A stretch of DNA of 25,034 nucleotides from a virus (taxonomy: Duplodnaviria; Caudoviricetes). Position numbers and translations under genes: made by a program. This document shows positions 17,909-24,918 of the stretch, one piece after another. The notes beneath the pieces are model-generated. The model was not told the origin of the DNA. It made no database searches and saw nothing but the letters and a program-made list of their open reading frames with translations. Positions within the stretch are counted from its first letter, which is position 1. Each line of letters opens with the position of its first letter. Location of the stretch: positions 1-25,034 of IMG/VR virus record IMGVR_UViG_3300045136_000588, one strand, 5' to 3'.

Positions 17909-18014
17909 CGGTCCCCCTGACTGGAAGTCAGGGGCTTTCGGAAGCCCTGAAAGCGCAGCAAAGCACTCCCGAGCCACGAGGCTGCGTTACGGTCAGCCCC
18001 AACAAACGAATCAC
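17905..18014 (-). ncRNA. Orphan right end/omega-RNA scaffold related to element A
   Basis: 110-nt ungapped match to 7124-7233 (13 differences by hand count). Confidence 0.75.
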
Positions 18015-18025
18015 CAAACTCCTTT

Positions 18026-18135
18026 CCATTTGCTCCGTACTGCCAGAAGCATCCAGGGCGGGCAGTTGGTCAGGGGACGGGACTTCTGGTACATCCACCT
18101 GTGGTGCGAGTACGACGACCCGCCCACTACTACCC
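18026..18135 (+). pseudogene. tnpB: 5' remnant of split tnpB (element C)
   Basis: HLLRTARSIQGGQLVRGRDFWYIHLWCEYDDPPTTT joins in frame to 19511 (P-NGFLGVDLG). Confidence 0.85.
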
Positions 18136-19510
18136 GTGACGACTCCCCGTTCTGAAGAACGGGGCTTCTCGGTTCTCACGGGACGGCCCACGCCGTACCC
18201 ATCCCCGAAGGCTCCGTCCGAGCCTTGGCCAGGATATTGATGGCCGCAGCCACATCCCGATGGAAGTGGCCGCCGCACCCCGAGCAGCGAAACTCCCTGA
18301 CCCACAACGGTTTCCGCTCTCGGTGCCCGCACACCGGGCAGTCCTGGCTGGTATATTTGGGGTCTACCCCCACTACCCGCCTACCAGCCTCTTCCGCTTT
18401 GTAGGCGAGGATTTGCAGAAAAGCCGCCCAGCCCGCATCCAGCACTCCTTTAGCAAGGCGGGTGCGGGCCAGGCCGAGGATGTTCAAGTCTTCATGCACG
18501 ATGGTGCCATACTGGTTGACCAGCCTCCTTGCCACCTTGTGGTGGAAGTCTTTGCGTTGGTTGGCGATTTTGCGGTGCAGCCTAGCAACCCGCCTTCTGG
18601 CCTGTTTACGGCGAGAACTACCCCGCTTCTTCCTGGACAGGCCGCGTTGGGCTCTGGCAAGTTTGACCTGGGCCTTCTGAAAGTATCGGGGGGCCTCGAC
18701 CATCTCCCCCTCCGAGGTGATGAGGAAGTGGGGGTTGGTACCCAGGTCTATCCCGATGGCCTGGTCATTGGGGGGAAGGGGCCTGGACTCCACCTCACAG
18801 GTAAAAACGATGTACCACTGTTCTCCCTCCCGCTTTACCGTTGCGGTCTTGACCTTTCCTTCGAGCGGGCGGTGGAACTTACACTTGACCGAGCCGATGC
18901 CGTAGATGAGTACCCGCTTCCCGCCCGCCTGGAGTTTGACCCCGGTAGTCCCGGCCTGGGGGAAGGTGAACGAGTCGTAGCGCTCCTTCCCCTTGAAGCG
19001 GGGGTAGCCGGGGGTTTGCCCCTGCTTGACCCGCCGGAAGAAGCCCTGGAAGGCTTTGTCCACCCGCTCGATGACATTTTGCAAAACCTGGGAGTGGATG
19101 CGCTGGTACTCCGGCAACTCGGCCCGTATCTCCACCAACGAGCGCTTCTGCTCGTAGTAGGTCACGTTCTGGCCTGCCTTGCGGTAGGCCTCCCGGCGCT
19201 CCTGCAAGGCCGCGTTGTACAACTGGCGGCACAGCGCAAGGGTGCGCTCCAGGTCTTTGTGCTGGGGCTGGGTGGGGTACAGGCGGTATTTGAACGCCTT
19301 TCTGTATGTGGTAGATTCGATATGCGTTACCTCCCATCCAGGTAATGCCGGGCTCGGGGTGCACCAACACCGCCGGGCCGTTTCTATGTACAGCATAGCA
19401 CATCCGCCGCCCACTATGCTATGTCCGCCTCCGGCGGACGTGGGGGAGTCCATGTATCCCACGGACTGAAAGTCCGGGGGATTATCGCTCCCCCACACCC
19501 CCTCTTTTCT
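18136..19510 (-). mobile_element. IS200/IS605 tnpB-only element B, 1375 bp, inferred target/TAM TTAG, inserted in tnpB of element C
   Basis: Right-end hairpin CCCCGTTCTGAAGAACGGGG (18145-18164); left-end hairpin 19456-19482; excision restores the reading frame of C exactly. Confidence 0.92.
18176..19321 (-). CDS. tnpB: TnpB endonuclease, RuvC triad intact; apparent start codon is ATC
   Basis: KAFKYRLYPT, GYPRFK, IGIDLG / VHEDL / HRDVAAAINI, CPVC..CSGC; GGGAGG 8 nt before ATC. Confidence 0.92.
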   Translation of the reverse strand: MESTTYRKAFKYRLYPTQPQHKDLERTLALCRQLYNAALQERREAYRKAGQNVTYYEQKRSLVEIRAELPEYQRIHSQVLQNVIERVDKAFQGFFRRVKQGQTPGYPRFKGKERYDSFTFPQAGTTGVKLQAGGKRVLIYGIGSVKCKFHRPLEGKVKTATVKREGEQWYIVFTCEVESRPLPPNDQAIGIDLGTNPHFLITSEGEMVEAPRYFQKAQVKLARAQRGLSRKKRGSSRRKQARRRVARLHRKIANQRKDFHHKVARRLVNQYGTIVHEDLNILGLARTRLAKGVLDAGWAAFLQILAYKAEEAGRRVVGVDPKYTSQDCPVCGHRERKPLWVREFRCSGCGGHFHRDVAAAINILAKARTEPSGMGTAWAVP

Positions 19511-20091
19511 CTAACGGCTTTCTGGGAGTAGACCTGGGCATCGTCAACATCGCCACCGACTCGGATGGCGAGACCTACTCGGGCAAGCACCTCAACTCGG
19601 TCAGACACCGCCACCGGAGACTCAGGAAGAAGCTGCAAAAGAAGGGCACTAAGGGGGCCAAACGCCGCTTGAAGAGGCTCTCGGGCAAAGAGCGGCGCTT
19701 CGCCAACGACGTCAACCACCGCATCAGCAAACGCATTGTGGCTAAGGCTCAACGCACCGGACGCGGCCTTGCTCTGGAAGACCTCCAGGGCATCCGCGAA
19801 CGGGTACGGCTCCGCAAGCCCCAGAGGGCCACGCTGCATAGCTGGGCGTTCCATGACCTGGGTCAAAAACTGCGGTACAAAGCCGAACGCGCCGGAGTGC
19901 CGCTGGTCTGGGTTGACCCAAAGAACACCTCCCGGCAATGTCCAGCCTGCGGACATACCGAGAAGGCGAACCGTCCTACGCAGGCGCTGTTTCGTTGCGT
20001 AGCCTGCGGGTGCTCTGGGCCTGCGGACTACTTCGCGGCGGTCAACATTGGCCGCCGGGCTGCCGTCAACCAGCCGAACGCGGGGGTATGA
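19511..20091 (+). pseudogene. tnpB: 3' part of split tnpB (element C)
   Basis: LGVDLG, ALEDL, HSWAF, TSRQCPAC..CVAC, ADYFAAVNI. Confidence 0.9.
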
Positions 20092-20152
20092 GATGCTGTT
20101 CATGGCTATCGTTCCACTTGCAAGCCTCGGACTTCAGTCCGGGGTAGTTGAC
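20092..20152 (+). mobile_element. Right end/omega-RNA 3' part of element C
   Basis: Hairpin CCTCGGACT-TC-AGTCCGGGG followed by TAGTTGAC. Confidence 0.75.
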
Positions 20153-20197
20153 ATTAACTCCTGAACTCGACAAAAACTCTGATTCAGAGTTAAGAAA

Positions 20198-20550
20198 TCA
20201 ACTTTCAGAGTTTGTGTTGAGATACTCGTAGTGGGCTGAACGACCTTTGCCCACCAGGCGCACTTTCCCAGCTTTTTTCAGCTTACGCATCAGATACTCG
20301 GCCTGGGATGGGGTCAGATGGCATAGCCCAGCAACTTCCCCACGGGTGATGCTACCGTGGCTTTTGAGGTAGGTGAGAACCATCTGTTCCTGTTGAAGGG
20401 CGTCGAAACCACGGCGATGAACATAGGCCGAAGGCCTCCCCAGACGCTTGTACACCCCCGCGCTCAGGTGATAGACCCGTCCTCTCTTGGCCCCCCTGGC
20501 CTCCAACAGACCCATCTCTACCATCTCCTCCAATAGGGTTCGGGCTCTTG
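20198..20550 (-). pseudogene. C-terminal tandem winged-helix fragment of a larger protein (resembles tails of AlbA_2/RecG-C-type ATP-binding proteins)
   Basis: LEEMVEMGLLEARG..RGRVYHLS and QMVLTYLKSHGSITRGEVAGLCHL..VGKGRSAHY; upstream codons are unrelated GC-rich sequence with no credible start. Confidence 0.6.
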
Positions 20551-20622
20551 ACTCGCCCGGCGGGCACCGGCTGGGGACCGGGTTTGCGCCCGGCCCCCTC
20601 CCGGCGGCCTGGAACGGGGCGA

Positions 20623-21033
20623 TCAACTCAGGCCCTCCCAACCCGCCCTCGGCCCCCGGCGCCCCGGCAGAATGCGCGGCGGGATGGGAACCCGCCACTG
20701 CCCGCCCTCCTCCTGATAGGCCCCCTCGATGCGCCCATCTTTTAGCAGGGCGAGAGCGCGCCGGTAACTGACGCCCAGGAGCCGTGCCAGGCCCTGAGCG
20801 TCAGTTTCATCCTGGTAGTGGAGCTGGTCGCGGAGGGCCAACTCCAGCGCATCCCCGAGCGCCCGCATATCGGGCATTCCAAGCTCATCAGACCCTACCC
20901 ACCGGACATAGCCGGTGGGGGGGATAATGAACCACCCCCCCCAATATTCTTCGGGTTCCCCCTCCGGCACGAAGCGGCCGGAGGAGGCGAAGCGGGCGAA
21001 AACGCTCGGGGTGACCCGCTGGAGGCGGATCAT
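20623..21033 (-). CDS. Protein with C-terminal Xis/MerR-type helix-turn-helix
   Basis: DAQGLARLLGVSYRRALALLKDGRIEGAY...WRVP; ATGA coupling and GGAGG SD. Confidence 0.75.
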   Translation of the reverse strand: MIRLQRVTPSVFARFASSGRFVPEGEPEEYWGGWFIIPPTGYVRWVGSDELGMPDMRALGDALELALRDQLHYQDETDAQGLARLLGVSYRRALALLKDGRIEGAYQEEGGQWRVPIPPRILPGRRGPRAGWEGLS

Positions 21034-21251
21034 GCTGCCTCCCACAGCTCCCGGAGGTAGGCTGCGGTGGCCTCCGGGTAGCCCTCCAACGCCCACTCAA
21101 AGAGCGTTTCGATCTGTTCGCGCCGAGCGCCCGCCATGAGCGCTTCGGCAGCGATGGCGATCCACGCGTTCCATCCCTGCCGGTTCGCCTCTGCCAGAAC
21201 AGCTCCGACTCCTCCCCCGCGTGCTTCGATCTCCTTCCAGATGTTCTCCAT
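21030..21251 (-). CDS. Hypothetical protein (73 aa)
   Basis: AAAGGA SD; coupled to the downstream gene. Confidence 0.7.
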   Translation of the reverse strand: MENIWKEIEARGGGVGAVLAEANRQGWNAWIAIAAEALMAGARREQIETLFEWALEGYPEATAAYLRELWEAA

Positions 21252-21301
21252 TTGTTTTTCCTTTCCCCCGGGATTACCCGCCGGGGGACGGGCTAGAGGG
21301 C

Positions 21302-21631
21302 TTAGAGCCTGCGCCAATTGCGGATGCGGGAGAGGTCGGTGATCGCCACCTCATCCCCCGCCCAGTGCTTGATTACCGCGACGGGAGGGAGGTTGCCCCC
21401 CTCAGCGAGCCGCTCCAGCTCGCTGTAGGACTCGAGGAGAACCTCATCGCCGACCTCCTCGATTTCGAAGGCGTATACTGCCTCCCCGTACTCCCGCGCC
21501 ACCTCCGGCGAGAAGGCGGCGCTGAAGATGCCCACCACTCCTCCAGCGGCCTGGCCGTGAGCCTCGCCGTTGCCCAGGCGAGGGGATTTGATTCTTGAAT
21601 TAGATGAGCCGTGGTACAGCGTTATCTCCAT
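21302..21631 (-). CDS. Putative ADP-ribosyltransferase-fold protein
   Basis: LYHGS...GIF....SPEVAREYG..VY...DEVAI. Confidence 0.55.
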   Translation of the reverse strand: MEITLYHGSSNSRIKSPRLGNGEAHGQAAGGVVGIFSAAFSPEVAREYGEAVYAFEIEEVGDEVLLESYSELERLAEGGNLPPVAVIKHWAGDEVAITDLSRIRNWRRL

Positions 21632-21637
21632 GAGATA

Positions 21638-21666
21638 ACTATACTGTGGCCGTACAGATATGTCAA
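21638..21666 (-). promoter_or_regulatory. Near-consensus leaderless promoter
   Basis: TTGACA-17nt-TATAGT-6nt-ATG on the minus strand. Confidence 0.85.
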
Positions 21667-21923
21667 GCCCCTTAGCGTAAGTGCTACTTGACTAGTTGGG
21701 AATCTCTAGAATCCTGTATAGCCACTACGAGCGGGATGTGGCGACCCCGCCGATTTGGAGGCTGCTCCAGATCGCCCGCTACCACGGTGTATCGGTCGAA
21801 CAAATGTTAGACCCGGTAAATGTTTATAGGGCCAAACGGGGGGCGACAGCCTCCCGATAAAAGCCAAGCCCCCCGCTGGCCGACGGGGGGGAAGGAGGAC
21901 TAAAGAGTAGGGCGGCAAAAACG

Positions 21924-21949
21924 AAAAGCCCTCGGGACCCCCGAGGGCT
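21924..21949 (-). terminator. Intrinsic terminator
   Basis: AGCCCTCGG/CCGAGGGCT stem followed by TTTTCGTTTTT on the minus strand, just after the 21964 stop. Confidence 0.8.
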
Positions 21950-21963
21950 GCTGTCGGCGTGAG

Positions 21964-22578
21964 TTACGCCATCGCTTCTTCAGGCTCGTCGGGCTCTTCA
22001 GCCCCACCATCGGGGGCGGCCAGGATGTGGCCCGCCCCAAACTTATGCCCGAGTTGCCTGTAGCGGTGGTACTCCTCCCAGGCCTCTTCATCATGGAGAG
22101 GCACGACTGGGCTTTGCAGCCAGTCTGCCACCTCCAACGCCCACACGATGCGGGCATAGTCGCGGGGGCGGGGTTCACCCCCAAACTGCTCCCACTCACC
22201 GATATCGGCCTCTCGCAGATCCACCCCTTCGTACCACCTAGATTTATAGGTGGTTTGCGCCCCGGTGGGGGCGAAGTAGCGAGCCATGAACCCACGCGAA
22301 TGAGCAAAAATCATCAGCTGCTGCTGGCCGCCGATAGCCAGTACCAGCTCGTTGTCACGCGCCACAGGGCCGAGGATTCCGCCCACGGGGCCGCAGGGGA
22401 GCTGCTCGGCCATTTCGCGGATGACCCGCGCGATAGCCTCGGCAGTAACGTCCGGGCCGAGGGCCGCAACGGCAGCGGCTACCTGGTCACGGGGGAGCTG
22501 CCCCCACAGATGCCCACTCGCGCGGGCGATGGCGTGGAACCCAAGAGCGATTTTCAACGCAACTGAAAGTTTCATCAT
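21964..22578 (-). CDS. Hypothetical protein (204 aa)
   Basis: AAGGAGGT SD; followed by a terminator. Confidence 0.75.
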   Translation of the reverse strand: MMKLSVALKIALGFHAIARASGHLWGQLPRDQVAAAVAALGPDVTAEAIARVIREMAEQLPCGPVGGILGPVARDNELVLAIGGQQQLMIFAHSRGFMARYFAPTGAQTTYKSRWYEGVDLREADIGEWEQFGGEPRPRDYARIVWALEVADWLQSPVVPLHDEEAWEEYHRYRQLGHKFGAGHILAAPDGGAEEPDEPEEAMA

Positions 22579-22594
22579 CTACCTCCTTCAGAAA

Positions 22595-22861
22595 TTACTC
22601 GTCGTTGTGGGCGGGAACCAAAACGGTCTCCCAGTTAGCCCCAGCCCTGTACCAGCGCTCGGCGTCAAAGTCTGGCATCCCGTCGTACACCCGCGTGTGC
22701 TGCTCGGGATCGTAGTAGTAGCAGACAGACACAACGCCCAGGCTTTCCCTCAGCTTAGGGGTGTAACCCCACTCTTCCTTGACGTAATCAATGAACTCCT
22801 TCAGCGTTACAGCAACTGGCTCATTCGAGAACCACTCGCTTACAACCTGATATTTCATCAT
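22595..22861 (-). CDS. Hypothetical protein (88 aa)
   Basis: GGAGGTGA SD; first gene under the leftward promoter. Confidence 0.75.
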   Translation of the reverse strand: MMKYQVVSEWFSNEPVAVTLKEFIDYVKEEWGYTPKLRESLGVVSVCYYYDPEQHTRVYDGMPDFDAERWYRAGANWETVLVPAHNDE

Positions 22862-22878
22862 TCATCACCTCCACCCAC

Positions 22879-22967
22879 ATACTATCTCGCCCCCTTGTAA
22901 ATGTCAAGGAGTGTTGACATTACCTCTGCTGGGCAAGGCTTGACATTATCCCTCCATGTGCTATGGT
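22879..22967. promoter_or_regulatory. Divergent promoter pair with operator-like repeat
   Basis: Leftward TTGACA(22907-22902)-17-TAGTAT; rightward TTGACA(22940)-16-TATGGT-6-ATG; inverted repeat AATGTCAA-N6-TTGACATT at 22900-22921. Confidence 0.8.
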
Positions 22968-22973
22968 AGAGGC

Positions 22974-23177
22974 ATGGGAATCGGAGAACGGGTAAGGCTG
23001 CTTAGAAAGCAAAAGGGCCTCACCCAGGCCCAGCTCGCCGATGCCTCCGGCTTGTCCCGCACGGGCCTGGGGGACATCGAGCGGGGGAAGAGGGTGCCAA
23101 TGTACGATACCCTTGCTAAGCTGTCTAAAGGTCTTGGCGTTTCCGTGGCTCTCCTATTTGACGAGGAGCCACGATAA
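22974..23177 (+). CDS. XRE-family HTH regulator (Cro-like)
   Basis: IGERVRLLRKQKGLTQAQLADASGLSRTGLGDIERG..P. Confidence 0.93.
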   Translation: MGIGERVRLLRKQKGLTQAQLADASGLSRTGLGDIERGKRVPMYDTLAKLSKGLGVSVALLFDEEPR

Positions 23178-23206
23178 AACGCCCCCCGGCGCTGCTACGC
23201 CGGGGG
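23176..23206. terminator. Hairpin after the XRE gene
   Basis: CCCCCGGCG-CTGCTA-CGCCGGGGG, preceded by AAAA (U-tract on the minus strand). Confidence 0.55.
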
Positions 23207-23224
23207 AGGTAGAAGGAGGTACAC

Positions 23225-23536
23225 ATGAATCATACCACAACACAAAGGGATAGTGAACGGCTTCAGCAACAACTTGAGGTTGTGATGGCCCGCCTCAAGC
23301 GGCTGCGGGAGGCAGCTGACCCGGCGAAAGATCCCTTGGCTTCACCTAGCCTCGATGTGCTTTTGTACGACGCTCGTGAAGAGGTCGCCCACCTCCGCCG
23401 GGCTTTGTCTATGGCTGGTCGTCGCTGGCGCTGCGAGCTGTGCGGCGAAGAATACGGCCCCGAGTGGGTGGCAGCGTGGGGGCTGCGCTGCCACGTCGAG
23501 TGCGATGGCGAGCTGGTGGAGGTTCGCAATGGCTAG
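23225..23536 (+). CDS. Hypothetical protein with possible Zn ribbon
   Basis: AAGGAGGT SD; CELC...CHVEC. Confidence 0.75.
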   Translation: MNHTTTQRDSERLQQQLEVVMARLKRLREAADPAKDPLASPSLDVLLYDAREEVAHLRRALSMAGRRWRCELCGEEYGPEWVAAWGLRCHVECDGELVEVRNG

Positions 23537-24221
23537 GTGCCTCCAATGCAATGGCGCGGGTGAGATCGAACACCCCGCCTACAGGGAACTCGACCGGCTC
23601 TGGCTAAAAGGTTTCATTTTCGACGAGGAAGGGATTACTGATTTTTGGTTGAATCGGGGCTGTAACCCCGCCAACCCGCCTCAACGCTACTCTCTTTGCG
23701 CTGACTGTGGCGGCACCGGCGACATGGCTATCCACGAGAATCCAATCCTCGAGGCCCGAGCTCTGGCGGCGTGGCGCGAGGCCCACCCCCAGGGCCTGAT
23801 CGGGCGGTTGATCGACCTGCACCGGCGCGACCCCCAGAAGGCCCTCGTCCTGGCCCGCTACGCCGAGCCCCACGGCTACGAGGGGCTGGCGGGCGACGTG
23901 GCTGCCTGGCCGGTGGTGCGCGGGCCCTCGAGGCTGCGCGTCTTCTATCGGGGCATGGATCCTGATCAGACGCTATGCCCCGTGTGCGGCGGGTGGGGGC
24001 GTGTAGAGCCGCGGGATGTTGGCGAGTCTCTGGCCGATGGGCTGGAGAAGTACCCCGAGCTGGGGGTCGAGGGCGTTTTCGAGGAAATCCCCTGCCCCTC
24101 ATGCGGGGGGTGGGGCGAAGTCCCGATCGAGAAGTCGCCCTGCCCCTCGTGCTCCGGCTCGGGGCGCTGGGGCGACGACATCCCCTGCGGGCGGTGCAAC
24201 GGAGAGGGGGTGGCGCGGTGA
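23529..24221 (+). CDS. Protein with six DnaJ-type CxxCxGxG motifs
   Basis: GGAGGT SD and ATG 23529; motifs read directly from the translation. Confidence 0.8.
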   Translation: MARCLQCNGAGEIEHPAYRELDRLWLKGFIFDEEGITDFWLNRGCNPANPPQRYSLCADCGGTGDMAIHENPILEARALAAWREAHPQGLIGRLIDLHRRDPQKALVLARYAEPHGYEGLAGDVAAWPVVRGPSRLRVFYRGMDPDQTLCPVCGGWGRVEPRDVGESLADGLEKYPELGVEGVFEEIPCPSCGGWGEVPIEKSPCPSCSGSGRWGDDIPCGRCNGEGVAR

Positions 24222-24568
24222 GCGGCTACCCCGCCTCGCTGCGCGTCGTGCTCGAGCACCCCTCGGGCGCTACCAAAACATTGCTCATGGGCCTGAGCGC
24301 CCAGGAGCCCATCGTGCCCCTCTCCGAGGTCGTCCGGCGCGAGCGGACTTTTTGGCGGCGCTACACCGACGCCGGTTGGGTCGTCCAGGCCATCTACGGC
24401 GTCTACTACGACGCCCACGGGCGGGCGCAGATGCGGCCCCTCGAGAGCCTGCTGGTGGTCATGGCGGAGGTGGTGGGGCCGGGGCAGGTGCTCAGGCCGG
24501 TGGGGGGATTTGAACGAGGCCAATCGCGCCACAAGGCGCTGGCGAACGGGGAAAAAGGAGTTGACTGA
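24218..24568 (+). CDS. Hypothetical protein
   Basis: GTGA coupling with the previous stop; GC3-rich frame. Confidence 0.7.
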   Translation: MSGYPASLRVVLEHPSGATKTLLMGLSAQEPIVPLSEVVRRERTFWRRYTDAGWVVQAIYGVYYDAHGRAQMRPLESLLVVMAEVVGPGQVLRPVGGFERGQSRHKALANGEKGVD

Positions 24569-24918
24569 CATCCTCCCCGTTCTGAAGAACAGGGGTTCCT
24601 ACGCGGAACTTTCAAGGTTGGAGTCTGCATGAGCCGAAGCCCACACCTTTACTCCATCCAGCCCCTTCCCCACGGAAGGAGCCTGACCCTTATCGGGCCG
24701 GGCCGTGTCAGGCGGCCCATAGCGCAGCAGTCCAGCCGCTACGCCAATGCACTTGTTATCCCGGTACGCCGTGGCAAGGCCGTCACAGACGGTAGGCGTG
24801 GGGTTACCGTGCATGGCAAAACTGTAGCACATCAGCGGATGGATGTGCTACACCGGGCTTCGCCCGGCTTCCGCTTCCTCCCCGCATTGAAATGCGGGGC
24901 ATCCGCGAAAGGAGTTGA
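24565..24918 (-). mobile_element. Protein-less IS200/IS605 derivative D (354 bp) with a structured interior; inferred target TCAC
   Basis: Right-end hairpin nearly identical to that of B; left end CTTCCTCCCCGC..GCGGGGCATCC..GAAAGGAGTTGA|GTGA closely matches that of A. Confidence 0.85.

Noticed and set aside
17928-18332. 134-aa minus ORF ending like TnpB A
   Set aside because: Chimeric read across three element remnants
7147-19321. Possibility that the TnpBs are nuclease-dead TldR or Cas12f with CRISPR
   Set aside because: Both retain D-E-D and IS ends; no repeat-spacer array seen anywhere in the window
18260-19345. 361-aa + strand ORF
   Set aside because: Antisense shadow of tnpB B
19322-19498. 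59-aa N-terminal extension of TnpB B in the ORF track
   Set aside because: Translates the left-end hairpin and promoter; the SD points to 19321
21730-21784. tRNA gene
   Set aside because: Too short and lacks D and T loop consensus; kept only as a structured-region note
19395-24850. Shared ATGTGCTA motif at the XRE, element B and element D promoters as a common operator
   Set aside because: Adequately explained as the extended -10 context TGTGnTA
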